Positions 40,877-54,721 of a stretch of 64,000 nucleotides of DNA are shown here, in pieces. Every line of letters starts with the position of its first letter. Within the stretch, counting starts at the first letter, position 1. Position numbers and translations under genes: made by a program. This DNA comes from Octopus sinensis (taxonomy: Eukaryota). Under the pieces are notes generated by a model, which was given only the letters and a program-made list of their open reading frames with translations, made no database searches and had not been told where the DNA came from. The stretch covers positions 1-64,000 of the forward strand of contig NW_021833053.1 in NCBI RefSeq assembly GCF_006345805.1, in the 5' to 3' direction.

Positions 40877-40901
40877 ATGTCTTTTCCAGGGCCAGGCCAT
40901 G
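40877..40901 (+). CDS. INIP: INIP/SOSS-C coding exon 1 (MSFPGPGH + G)
   Basis: GACGATGT start, 25 nt, G|GTAACG donor. Phase 1 joins exon 2 to give GAA (Glu). Confidence 0.75.
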
Positions 40902-43900
40902 GTAACGTGTATATATATTTATATATTCACATGCACACACTTATAGTTTATTGTCTTTGGAAAACTAATATTTATCTCTGCTTTCATTTGTCATTTAAGT
41001 ATTTTTTAAAATTTACATAGCTTTCTTTTAATTTCTCTCTCTGTTTTGTCAAGAATCTTTAAATTCTTCTCAAACCTTTTAATTTACTTGTGCATGCATG
41101 TCTTTCGCACCAAAACTTTGATTCTAAATTTAACGTTCCACTTTTTACAGACAAATGAACCTTCCTATATTCCTAATTTAATTCCTGGTAATTAGCTGCT
41201 GATAAAAATCCGTTTACTATAATTCTGTTCGACCTGTCAGTGGTCAATTCTTCGTCCTCTTTAAGACAAAAATAAAATAAAATAAACACTGGAAGTACAC
41301 GTTAGAAAACTTAAACCGAGATGCAATACGCTATGACTAGAAAAAGGATGGATATGGCCGGAATGCCTTTGATCGTAGGTCTTGCTGAATCGGAGCCGAC
41401 TTAGGTCCAAAAACAACAGCCTCCATAGTTCTTTGAAACTAGAATAATCCCAAGTATTTTGACTTTATGTTTTATCTGTAATACCGTTGTGAAGAAAAAA
41501 AAACTAACGAGTTATTTAAATTTGACAAATTCCCCCCTCATTTTCAGTAGTGTTGGTTTTATTTTTTAAAAATTATAGAAAGAGGGGACAGAGAAACGGT
41601 CTGTTACAGACTAGAGAAGGGACAAAAAGGCGAATATCGACCCGGTACTGACTTGAACTCAGAAGTAAAGCACCAAAAGAGATTCTGTTGTGCATCATTT
41701 TCCTAGTAGCTCTCAACTATCAACACTGCCAGAAACCATAACCAACAGAAAAGCTTCTTCCTGGTCGCACAACCTCCTAAAAATAGCAGCCGGATCTCCC
41801 TCAAACCAAAACGGACAATATTCTTCGCTTGAATACTTTTCATCATAGGTCTTCTCAATCAGGAGAAGCTAAACAACAGCTTTAATACTGCCACAACAAA
41901 GAAGTCTCTACCTGCAAGAAATAACAGCCAAATCTTCAAATTACGCCCTACGTCTTTAAAAGAAATGGACACGTTAGATTGTAGATGTAGACACTATGTC
42001 TGGAGAAAAGGAAACTAAAAAATAGGATAAGGTGGTCTTTGCTAAAAGGCCTTAGGTATTAGTCTGCTGAACCACATTCATAATTGTCATGATAAATAAT
42101 ATATATCAAAGAGATAAGGTCTCTCGATGATGAAATAGAAAGTTAGAATGGGTCCTAATAGTTGCATAAATAACTAATGATTTCTTAACTTTGGCACAGA
42201 GCCACATTCAGTGGAAGAAACATACAAACCGATGTGTGTGTGCGTAAAAACACACAAACACGTATGTATGTAGATATATGGTCTAGCAGTTTTAATAATA
42301 CAAGGCAAGCAAAACAATTTTTTTTTTAATTCAGAAAGTTTAAGAAATCCTAAATTGTTAAATCTTACGCACACACGTGTATGTGTAAAGTGAAGGGTTT
42401 TTTGGGTTTTTTTTTTTTTTTTCTCTGAATCAAGGACAGGAAATAACTAAATCAACCATTTCCGAGGGTTGAAAAAGTTGCTTATTCGATCTCTTAAATC
42501 ATTTTGATATTTTTTTGGTTTTTGAGTAAAAATAATCGTTGTGACATTCTAGTGAAACTCACTTCATTCCCAGTATTTTCATTGTCTTTAAATGCTGAAA
42601 ATTTCTCTCGGAAATATATCGTTTTTGTCTTTTTCTTTAATCTGTCCTGTTTTCTCCAGGGAATATTTCTATTCCCTTTTAAGTGCGTCTATTGATAATA
42701 TACTCTCCACGTTCTCTTAAAAATAATTACTTAGAAAGCACGGGCTTCTTTGGTTATTTTCTAATTTTGACACTGTGTAATCATTACTCTTAAGCGAAAA
42801 CTTAGATTTTTTTTCTTAATTTTGAAACCAACTAGAGATTTAAGGAATTTTATATATTTCTTTCTGTAATTATCTGCAAATGATAATAATAAAATCATTT
42901 CAAATTTTGCCACAAGGGCAGGGAAAACATGTGTGTGCTGTGGGAGGTGTAAAGGTTGTCAAAGATATCAAAATGTCAAACCACTTCCACTACAATATAT
43001 AAAAGGATAAACAAAACGTTGCGATGTTCGTATTTTATTGTAAATTAATAAAAATGCTACATCTATCCGAACTGTAATTTAAAGAGACAACGGAAAATAT
43101 GAAAACAGAGGCAAGCTTTATCAAATTTCATTACTTGCTAATTTTCTTTCTAGAAAGATGTCGACGTCCGAATTTCTCACTTTACTGTTATTAATAATAT
43201 TATTAACTTTTTTGTGATATTTTGTAAAAGTTCGTGTTTGGTACGGCAAATATATATACATATTTTTCGTCGTGAAAATTATTTTATTCTCAAATATAAG
43301 TTGCTTAAAAATATAATTTTCTACGTGGATTGATGATGAGAACAATGTACTTGTCAAAATCAAAATGCTCAATCCACTGACGTTTGCACTTAAGCAATTA
43401 CAGCATTTCATATTTTCGATTTGTTTCTATAACTTCCTATTTCGAAACTAGAAGAATGAGCTAGAATCTCGAAGCTAAAGTTTAACATGTCAAATATTAA
43501 AAAGTATAAAAGTGGGGGGGATAGAGGACAGTTTCTTTATCATATGCGAATAGCTAAGTAAAATGTTTTTGATAATTAGAAGCGTAGGATGTTAAACGAA
43601 ACAAAGTAACAGAATAGTGTAAGGATGTTGTTATTGTTTAACCCCAGATCAACTTCGAGCAGGCTTATGATCAAGGCATTCCACCGAGACCATCTCGAAA
43701 TTTGGAGTGTTATCGAGGACTATGTTATCTATTTTTAAAGCAGTGGGATTTGGTTGCCGTTTCTAGCAAATACAATGACCATGTCAAGGGTTTTCTCGTT
43801 TAATTGAGTAAACGGTATTTGTGAAACAGTTGTTAGCAATGGAGTTTCTGAAAGACAGTAACAGCTGGGGAAAGTAACCTTAATATGTAAGAAAAGGATA

Positions 43901-43951
43901 TATACGAATTCAAATGCTGTGTGTGTGTGTGTGCATATATATATTTCTATG

Positions 43952-43995
<44 letters not shown>

Positions 43996-45544
43996 AAAAT
44001 ACTATATATATATATATACACATACTAAAATACTATATATATATATATACATACTAAAATCATGAAGCATGTTATCTAATAACAGGTTAATCAGATATGT
44101 GATAGCAACAATTCAAAGTAAATAACTCTGAAAAAAGATTTTGTGCATTCACAGAAAATATTACCTCCAGCAGCGCTAATGTTGGTATATTCAAGAATAA
44201 TTCGCTAACCGAAATAAGTGGATCTATTATTTAGGAAAATACTATATACTTGTTTAAGCGTTGTACTGGATAAATTGCGAAAATAGTTCAAATAGGCAGG
44301 CTCAATTTGATTTGTATGAAATAATTTACAAACATGGATGGGTTATCTCCCTTGGCTTTATATATATATATATATATATATAAAGATCCCTTTCAGGAGC
44401 AAATGGGTTATTTCCTTTGGATGTTTAAAAATATTTGTTATATGTAGTAGATATAAGAATCCCTTCCAGGGGCCCTATTATTAGTTCTTTTTCAACAAAG
44501 TATGTCACTAGGTTTCCAGACAGGAGTTCTACTCACATGTTAAGTTTCATCAAAATCAATATAACAATGTAGGAGTTAGATAACGCCAAAGGCAAACACA
44601 CCCACAGATTTGCACATACATAGTACATGGTCATTCAGTCAATTCGAGAATGTCTTATCCTCGTCAGGGACAAAAATATCCAAAAATTTCACTGCTTTTA
44701 CCCACAATTCATTAAGGGAAGTATGAACAGTATGTATGGGATTTTATATATATATGTATGTATATATATATATATATACACACATACTAAAATACTATAT
44801 ATATATATATAATATGGCACGTACAAAGCACCATCCGATTGTGATCGAAGCCAGCTCCTCTGGCCCCTGTACCGGTGGCAAATAAAAAGCACCCACTATA
44901 CTCTCGGAGTGGTTGGCATTAGGAATGACATCCAGCTGTAGAAACACTGCCAGTGATGGTGATGATATATATTATATGTTAAATATATATATTATATATT
45001 ATACATATAAATATTGTAAATATATGAAGCATTATTACTGTTAAAAACAGTAATATATATGGGGTGGCTAGCAAGACTTCTACCTAAGCAGGTATAATAT
45101 GAAATATTTGAATAAAAGAAGGGTAAAGATACTGCTTGCCAAAGATGAAAGCGAAAGCTTCAAAAACCACCAATACTACAATAAATACACACACAAGCAA
45201 TGCAATGAATATTTTAAAAAATAGGCCTACTTTCAGGATGGAATCTGAAGGTCGTTTACATACCCCCAATATCAATTGATTTCATACTGTGCATGACAAA
45301 ACATGTTTTGCAATCATCAGTTGGTGACTCTATTTAGCATCTATTTCTATAATATTCATTACGTCAACTCGTATGCATTTCTAACTTTAAATGTCCTGCT
45401 CTGTTTAAAGAGAAAACTATCGTAAACAAAAAAAAAGTTAAAAAAAGTAGCATGGATGCCAGTCATTGAATTTTATTTCAATTTCGATCAGCTCAACAGG
45501 TCTTCCAAAGAAGGAAAAGGTACGCATAAGTAGGCTGGTTACAC

Positions 45545-46720
45545 CCCTGGCATAGGCCACAAGGTTATGGTCTCACTTGGCTTGCCAAGTCTTCTCAAGC
45601 ACAGCATATCTCCAAAGGTCCCGGTTATTATTCATTGCCTCAATGAGGCCCAATGTTCAAAGGTCATGCTTCACCACCTCATCCCAGGCCTTCCTGGGTC
45701 TACCTCTTCCACAGGTCCCCTCAACCGCTAGGGTGTGGCACTTTTTTACACAGCTATCCACATCCATTCTCGCCACATGGCCATACCAGCACAGTCGTCT
45801 CTCTTGCACACTACATCTGCTGCTTCTTAGGTCCAACTTTTCTCCCAAGGTACTTACACTCTGTCGAGTATGCACACTGACATTACACATCCATTGGAGC
45901 ATACTGGCTTCATTCCTTGCGAGCTTCCACGTGTCCTCAGCAATCATGGCCCATGTTTCACTGCCATGTTGCATGGCTGTTCCTACACATGCATCATACA
46001 GTCTACCTTTTACTCTGAGCGAGAGGCCCTTTGTCGCCAGCAGAGGTAAGAGCTCTCTGAACTTTGTCCAGACTATTCTTATTCTAGCAGCTACACTTTC
46101 AGCGCACCCACCTCTGCTATTGACTTGGTAACCTAGGTAACAGAAGCTATCAACTACTTCTCGTTTCTCTCCCTGGAATGTGGCAGAAGTTGTACTCTGC
46201 ACATTTTCAGTGTTTATTGCTCCTCAGCATCTGCCACATACAAAAACTATCTTCCTAGTTAGCCTGCCTTTGATATTGCTGCACCTCTTATGTGTCCATG
46301 GTTTACACTGGTTACATCTTATAGAGTTTCTACCTACGCCTTTTCTACAGATCGAGCAGGGCCAGCTACCTGAAGGGATTTGTGGTTTGCCTGCCTTCCT
46401 ACTTATCAGGACTTTGGTTTTGGCTAGGCCCTTCGATTCTAATCCTTGTTTCCACACTTGAAACTTCTCCTCTAGTTCTGATAGTGACTCAGCAATTAGA
46501 GCAAGGTCATCAGCATAGAGGACCTCCCAAGGGCATCCTGTCTTGAATTCCTCTGTTATTGCCTGGAGGACTATGATAAATAGGAGGGAGCCGAGGACTG
46601 AACCTTGGTGGACCCCTACCTCTACCCGGAATTCTTCAGTGTACTCATTGCCGACTCTCACCTTACTGACAGTGTCCCTGTACATGGCTTGCACAGCTCT
46701 CACTAACCCTAGTTTCCTCA
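45545..46720 (-). mobile_element. 5'-truncated RTE-like LINE (RT with embedded PHD-like finger, own 3' UTR)
   Basis: GVHQGSVLGSLLF, YADDLAL, CSIC..CNQC..H..C..CGRC, FCYLG and GRGRPRKAW in ORFs 46224-46721 and 45657-46202. Confidence 0.92.
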
Positions 46721-47224
46721 TCGTATATATATATGGTCACTATAAACCATATACTTTGGTAATTGTGGTGTAGCTGAGAAGTTAGTAAAGAGTCTAAACT
46801 TTATATATTCCAAATGTAGTGTAGTAGGAACAACTATTAATTACTTAGGTTGCTCTTTAATAAAGATTGATTCATTTAGAAATCTGTCACTTGGGTAACA
46901 CCACCACCTGTTCGTGGCTGCATTTTTCAGAGTATGATCTGTTGCAAGTTTTTGAACCTCCTGCCTGTCTTGGAGCTTGGGATAAATGTCATAAGTTGAA
47001 GGTTTCTTTTGAAAGGGCTACGTATAAAAAGTGTGTGCCATACTGTGAATGGCATGCATTATTTCCAGCAATGAAAGAGAGGATAATTTTAGCTGAGACT
47101 GATTGAAGGAACCTTGAGTGCCACTTGCATTTATCAAATGATTTCTCTCAGCTGCATCTCTTTGGCTCAGGAGAACGGTAATGCCAGTATGTCTATGAGA
47201 ATCAATTAAGTGTAAGGATGGTAC

Positions 47225-47528
47225 ATTTTACGTGCCACCTGTGCCACTGGCACGTAAAATGCACCATCCGAACGTGGCTAATGCCAGCGCCACCTTGACT
47301 GGCTTCCGTGCCGATGGCACATAAAAAGCACCAACTGATCATGGCCGTTGCCAGCCTCCCCTGGCATGTAAAAAGCACCCACTACACTCACAGAGTGGTT
47401 GGCATTAGGAAAGGCATCCAGCTGTAGAAACACTGCCAGATCAGACTGGAGCCTGGTGCAGCCTTCTGGCTTCCCAGACCCTGGTCAAACCGTCCAACCT
47501 ATGCTAGCATGGAAAACGGACGTTAAAT
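47225..47528 (+). mobile_element. Family C LINE 3' UTR element
   Basis: Matches 30530-30815. Confidence 0.8.
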
Positions 47529-47683
47529 GTTTACCAAGAAAGCTATACTCAAAAACCTTAATGGTAGCCACCCACCCCTAACCATTGCTAGGTCTGGTGG
47601 ATGATTGAGTTTACCCACTCTTGTAGACAGGTATTTTTCTTTTTGTCCTGCTGGTATGTCCATCCACCCTCCAGTCAAGACCC

Positions 47684-48140
47684 ATCATCATTTAACATCT
47701 GCTTTCCATGCTAGCATGAGTTGGACGATTTTGACTGAGGGCTGGCGAACCAGATTGCTGCACCAGGCTCCAATCTTGATCTGGCAAAGTTTCTACAGCT
47801 GGATGCCCTTCCTAACACCAACCACTCCAAGAGTGTAGTGGGTGCTTTTTATGTGCCACCGGCATGGGGGCCAGTCAGGCGGTACTGGCAATAACCTCGC
47901 TCACATCTTTTTACACGTGCCAGTGAAGCGACGTTGGTAACGATCACGCTCGAATGGTGCCCTTTTACGTGCCACGGGTACGGAAGCCAGTTGGCTGCTC
48001 TGACAATGATCACGCTCGGATGGTGCTCTTGGCACCCTACTAGCACATGCACAAGTGCCACTAAGGCGATGCTGGTAACGATCATTCTCGAATGGTGCCC
48101 TTTTATGTGCCACTGGCACGGAAGCCGGTTAGCCGCTCTG
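47684..48140 (-). mobile_element. Family C LINE 3' UTR element (long form)
   Basis: Reverse complement of the family C module, homologous to 4705-5135. Confidence 0.8.
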
Positions 48141-50979
48141 TCAACCCAAGAGCGGCATTTATTGTAGTTGCCAAGCACACCACCATGAAACAAGTAGTAC
48201 TGGTTTACATGATTACAATTAGTAGCTGTTGTCTCGTTATCTGACCTGACACCATTTGTTACTGTATAGCTGTGAAACATGGAGAGAAAAGGTATGAGCT
48301 AAGTATAGTTGATTGAATCAGCAAAGCTAATTTGTAACAATGGTTGAACACAGGTGAATTTAAAGAGCAAATGGACATTAAAGATATTCACACATGTATG
48401 CAGGTTGTGAAAATGTAAAAGCACTGGTGTAAGACCTGGAGAAAGTTCTTAAAATAGATTCACTTATTTTGGATATAGAAGCAAGATGTGCATTACAAGT
48501 TATATTGATTTATAAACCATCCTGTTTCATGTCGGCATGAAAAACAGGATGTTAGAGTAATTTTCTTATATAGGCACAAATTTTGACATTTTGGAGAGTG
48601 GGGTGGAGTATTTTGATGTTGAAGGGATGACAAAAGCAATAATAAAATTTATAGATTTGTCTCTCATCAGCTCAGTCATTGCTGATATTAAACAAACTTT
48701 GGTCCTTTGGATTTGTTTGATATGTAGAAGGATTGATTTTGAGATGTATAAGGGGATATTTTTAATAAAATAAAAAACTTTTTTTATGACTCAGTTGGAG
48801 GGAGAAGGGCAGCTCCCATGATACTTTGCTCGGCCTCAGATTCTGGTGGGAGTAAGTTATCCTCAGTCTGGAGCATTTGACTAAAATTATTTTAACAGAC
48901 TGTATTTTGCTAATGGCACCAGGGGGCCAAATTGTGAAAGTCAAACCTGCCTTTAATAGGTCAGAAAAATAAACGTTTGTTGATAGTATTAAACCTTCCT
49001 CAGGCAGTCAGTTTTCACAAGATCACAGTCCTTTGATTTTCTTTTGTGTTAAATTTCCCAAGATCTGATTCTGAGACAAAATCCTCATAATCATCTAGTG
49101 TCCATGTTCCATACTGGCGTCGGTTGGGCAGTTTTACAAGATCAGATGTGTCCAAGGATTACATTGGCATGGTTTCTACAGCTGGATGCCCTTCCTCCAA
49201 CCACTGTACACTGTGTACTGGGTGCTTTTTTTTTCATGCACCAATACATGAAAAGGTTGCTATGCAGTTCACAAGAGTACAAACCCCAAGGGAGGTTAGG
49301 GTCAGCCTTATGCTGGGGGTTGAGGAGATACAGTGTGAGAGAGGTTTATGTAGAGCTGCATGGTTACTCACATTTAGTAAGAGAAGGAAAGAATGGTCAG
49401 TAGGAGTTGTGAAGAAACAGATATTAGAGATGGAGTATCTAGGTGGCCCCTCAATTAGAAGTAGATGGGTGGGATGGGTTGCAGTTGGTGCTATATTGTA
49501 TAGGGAACAAGAGATGCGGGAATGGGGGTGGGGACAACCTGCAACTGTAAAAAGATTGGGGAATGTTTTATTATTCAGAAAAGATCAGAATAATACTAAA
49601 ACATGTCCAGAGTTATTCTCCATGGCTGGAAGTGAAAGGAAAGATGTTAGTATGTTGTGAAATTAAATGGAGAGGGAATAACTCCTAGATGAATGAGGTG
49701 GTTATTTAACCCCAGGCAAGCACTGTATGAACATATCCTATGATCATAGACACTCCAGCAATGGCCAGTCTGTCTTTATTTTAAGCAGTTCAACCTATAT
49801 TGTCTTTTTTTTAAGATAGTAGACTGATTTGAGGGGAATTTGATTGCTACTTCTTGCAGTTTAAGTAACCCCAGCTGTGACTTTGTCTCCCTGCTACCAT
49901 ATTATTCATTATTATCCTTTTCTTTTTTTAAACAGTACTGTTTGATTTGACTGTATTTACAGATATTTTTGTGTCTTTCCTTTTTTAAGACAACAGTGTG
50001 TAATATTAGATATTTGGCTGCTGTTTCCAACATGTTAAAGATTCCTTTTTTTTTTTTTTTTTTAGAGCGATTCAGCTGTTATTTATAGTGTGTGATTTGA
50101 GGAATATTTGCCCCTCCTCCACTTTCTCAGATACCTTTACTACCTCCTCCTCTTACTCTGCCTCCGCTACTGGCCTCCTTTCTGCACCTTCTCTCCTCAC
50201 TCTCTGTTGCTATCCATCATCAACTTCTCACTTATATGCCATCACCCTCAGCGCCTTCACATACCTACTGCAATCCCTGCCCCCCCCTCCTCGAGCCTTT
50301 CCTATATTTCTCTCCATCATTTGCTACAGTCACCTCTTCCCGTCCACTCAGCCAGCCTAAGCCCCTATATCACCTCACCTATTCTCACCACTCCCAATAT
50401 GTTCCTTGAGGGCATGTCCTTACACATCCCTGCCATCATCTCTCTCACTAGCATTCCCTTTATCTTACTCTCTTAACTCGCTCTCCTTTGTTTTCCAACT
50501 GGCACAAAGCCACACTCCTTCAGTTCTGCTCACCTCCCGCATCCCATTTGAAGGGTTCTTACAAGATAGTTGGTGATCCTGTCAGTGCTGGTGCCAAGTA
50601 AAAAGCATCATTCGAGTGTTGGGCTTCACAGAGGTAATGACAAATGACCAAGACCCTTAACGATTTGCCATGCTTGAGAAGATCCATCAAGCCAAGTGAA
50701 ATTGTAGTCATGGCAGATACTGGTGTCCCACAACTGGCACCTGTATTGGTGATATGTAAAAAACACCAATGCTGGTGCCTCGTAAAAAAGCACCATTAAG
50801 AAGGGCACCCAGCCATAGAAACCAAGCCAAAACAGACTCTGGAACCTGGCGCAGCACCTGGCCTTACCAGCTCCTGTCCACCCATGCCAGCATGGAAAAT
50901 AGACATTAAATGATGGTGATGATGATATTTGCATTGTGTGAACAACAGCATTGTTAGTTATTAAATTTTCGACAAGGGC

Positions 50980-51365
50980 AAGCATGGCTGTTGGAGTTGA
51001 GAAGTTTGCTTTCCAACCACATGGTTTCAGGTTCAGTCCCACTGCATGGCACCTTGGGCAAGCCTCTTGTACTATATCTCCAGGCCAACCAAAACTTTGT
51101 GAATGGATTTGATAGATCAAAACTGAAAGAGGCCCATCATATGTGTGTGTATATATGTGCGTGTGTCTGTGTTTGTCACCCATCACCACTTGACAACCAA
51201 AGTGGGTGTGTTTACATTGCTGTAACTTAGCTGTTTAGCATAAGAGACCGATAGAATAAGTACTGGACTTTAAAAAGTAAGTACTGGGGTCAATTTGTTC
51301 AAGTAAACCTTTCAGTGCAGTGCCCCAGCATGGGCTGCATTCCCAGTGGTAAGAGAGAGACAAGC
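50980..51365 (+). mobile_element. SINE family B (diverged)
   Basis: GGTTCAGTCCCACTGCATGGCACCTTGGGCAAG core and matching tail. Confidence 0.7.
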
Positions 51366-53090
51366 AAGTATCATTGTAACTTTAGCAGAATCAATACTTT
51401 GAGCTATTTTTGTTTGAAAAACACCAGTTTGCTGCCGTTCTTGCTGATATGTGTGTGCGTATATCTTTCATATGCTGTTTCTTGCCAGTCAAGTGACTGT
51501 ACCACAGCCCTTTTGTGAAGCTATTGTCTGTCTATGGGCTTTGCTGAAGTCAAGTGTATGAGTTTGTTTATGTGTGACTGGAGAACAAATTTCCAGTGGT
51601 TCTGGAAATGGAGGCATGGCTGTGTGATAAGAAGTTTGCTTCCAACTACATGGTTCCAGGTTCAGTTCCACTGCTTGGCACTTTGGGCATGTGCCTTCTA
51701 CGGTAGCCAAGGTTGATCAAAGCCTTGTCAGTAGGTTTGGTAGATGGAAACTGAAAGAAGCCCGTTGTGTGTGTGCGTTATTGTCTCTTTGTCTTGACAT
51801 CATGTGGTAGTTGTAAATGAGTCCCCATCATGCAAATAATGTCCCTTGTTTCCAATCTCCCTTGACTGGTCTTGGCAAAATATTAAGATTACATTACTTG
51901 GAAACAACATATGAAGGTGGGTAACAAGAAGAGCATTCAGCCTTAGAAAATAAACCCCTACAAAATTCCATGCAAGCTAAGCATGGAAAAATGGATGTGA
52001 AATCAATGATGATGATGATAATTGCATCATTATACACTTTTTCCTTATTTGACAATTTGGCTCATACTGATGATGCAGGCCATCACTAATAATTCTCCTG
52101 TCATTGTTTAAGATTTTGCTTTCACCTTTGATTCCTGTACAAAACTTTACACATCTCCAAAATGTTATTCCTTCAGCAGTTAATCTTGAGCCATGTGACA
52201 AATTGAAAATGAATGTATTTAATCTTATCCTGGTCCCATCAGACTTTCTTAATCCTTGCTCTTCACACTCTCTAATCCTTCCTCTCCACTTATGGTATTT
52301 TTTTTTTTTTTTTTACTCCACCGTTGCCCAATTCTCTCCTTTATTGTGGTTTACTTCTCTCTTTTCTGGGTTTTAGTTACTGAATCCCTGTGCTCTTTTT
52401 TTTCAATTTGGTACTTATATTATTGGTGTGTATTTGTTGAATCATAAATCACATGATGTAAAAGAACACTGCAATAAACATCCATGCTGGGCGAGACTTC
52501 TGAATGGCCTTCCTGGCGTCTCTTTCTCTGCTAAAGTGTTGAAGTTATATTGGTAATTCCTGACATGTCAATCACAAATAACATCTGTATTTGAAGTGAT
52601 GTCCAATAATTCTTTGAGTCAGTATTCAACATGTGAAGACCTTTCAAGCATATGTTGCCATTCCAGCTTTAGTTGGGTAGATATATGATTAAAGACATTC
52701 CATCCTTGGCCAGCTCTCTTTAACTTTTTATGCATAGTCCTGCCAAAACAGTCACAGATGTCTGGTGCAGGCTTTGGCCAAGCCAGCCCTTGTGGTACTG
52801 TTCCACCCATGCTAGTATGGAACACAGGCATTAAATGATGATGATACACACACACATTTTCCATTTACCAAATTAAACTATTGTTCGACTCCGGAGTAAT
52901 AGAAGAAGCACTTGCGCAAAGTGCTGCACGGTGAAAGTGAACTCAAAACCACACACCCATGACTAACATTTTATTTCCACTCCAATCCTGTGCTTATTGA
53001 GGGCCATCACAAGCTAATCATCATTTCTAATATTGTTCATCCTGAGAAAAAGTTCATTTATTGGAATCATTTCTCTTTTTGTCTTTCTAG

Positions 53091-53171
53091 AACGAGCTAA
53101 CCGGAAACAGCTATTAGAGCAATTAGAAGAGAAAAAGAAGCTACTTCGTATGCAGGCTCAACATAACCAAG

Positions 53172-53220
<49 letters not shown>

Positions 53221-53232
53221 CAGCAGCAGCAA
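53091..53232 (+). CDS. INIP: INIP/SOSS-C coding exon 2 (E-RANRKQLLEQLEEKKKLLRMQAQHNQG-S19)
   Basis: TTTCTAG acceptor and AA|GTAAGT donor (phase 1 to 2). Resembles the human SOSS-C segment NKNRVAILAELDKEKRKLLMQNQSS (recalled). Confidence 0.85.
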
Positions 53233-54180
53233 GTAAGTAATTACCATCTCATCACTTCTTTTAAATCTATCGACTAATTAAGGATTATCTGGTATTTAAG
53301 TGCATATATATATATGCATTTTTGTACTTAACAAGAAAAGGAAAAAAGACAAAATTTGTTACTCAGTCAGACTAGTTACTGTTTAATTAAACCTAATTAG
53401 TAAAGGTCCTAATCTATTATATCTATACTTCATAGTTGTACTTGTTTCAAAAATGATTTGATCTGCGGTTGTGCGTTAAAACTTAAAGTATATCTTATGC
53501 AAGAATCATGCAAATCATTTAAGTTTAGAAATGCTTCATCAGATTGATGAAGGCTGAACCTTCAAAGTCATTGCCACACTCTTATAAAAGTATAAAGGAG
53601 ATGTGCTCTACAAAAACTATTCAATAACTCTCAGTAATTCTTTAGTTTCATGTAAAATTGTTTTATTATTATAGGTCAGCATGTAATTGACTATCCAACT
53701 ATAAAATTTCAGGCCTTGTGCCTTTAGTAGAAAAGATTTTGTTATGTTTGCTCACTATTTATTTCCCAACGACAACTTATAGCGGACGCCACCAAAGAGG
53801 ATCAATATTATCGTTAAAGGCATCAAATTGCTGTGATCCTTTACATGATAACTGAAGAGGATTTGGCGACATTCTGTGTTTGTGTTGTCCATGTTTGTGC
53901 TTATATATTATGCGTGTATCCCCTACTTCTTCGCTCTCCTGTGTGACCCTTGTTTCTTTCTGCGTTCCTTTCTGTGGAAGAGCATAAAAGACTTTTTCAC
54001 TTCCTGAGCGTTATACTAATACATCTGTTTGCTTTCTACACCACCTGTCTTCGTTTTTTGGGGTTTTTTCGTGAATTCTCCCCTACATATATATATAAAT
54101 ATATATGCACACACACACACACATGTATATATATATATATACACACACACACACATGTAATATATATACACACACACATG

Positions 54181-54214
<34 letters not shown>

Positions 54215-54631
54215 TGTATATATATATATATACACGCATGTATATATGTATGTAACATATTATGTTTATAAAGGGTGGGGATAGTTTCCTGGATGAAAAC
54301 TGCAGCAGTTTGTCTTTCAGTAGTCAACATAGGTTAAGAATATAAAAAGATTTTAATCTAGAGCTGCTTTTATTGCATAATTTGAATGTGTGTGTATTTA
54401 TCTTATAAAGTGACAACAAAATTGGGTTTTTTGTTTCACTTTATAAGCAATGATCTCAAGAACTAAAACAGAAATGGATCATGCAGAATATGTGCTTGTA
54501 CGGTATTTGTGGTTATGACTGTTCCATAATGTTGGAGTTTAGTTACTGCTTCATTTACTCAGAGATACCTTATTTTTTCTAATATATAATACCTGTACAT
54601 CATCTACAAACCTAATATATATATATATAGC

Positions 54632-54679
54632 AAAAACTGTCCGACGAATGGCAACGTGAAGCTCAGAGTAACAGGTTTT
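54632..54679 (+). ncRNA. Minimal hammerhead-like motif, U4C family (copy with G15.1)
   Basis: AAAAACTGT-CCGACGA-ATG(GCAA)CGT-GAAG-CTCAGAG-T-A-ACAGGTTTT. Confidence 0.55.
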
Positions 54680-54721
54680 GTTGAATTTTCTGCTGCTTTA
54701 AATAAAGTATATATATATATG

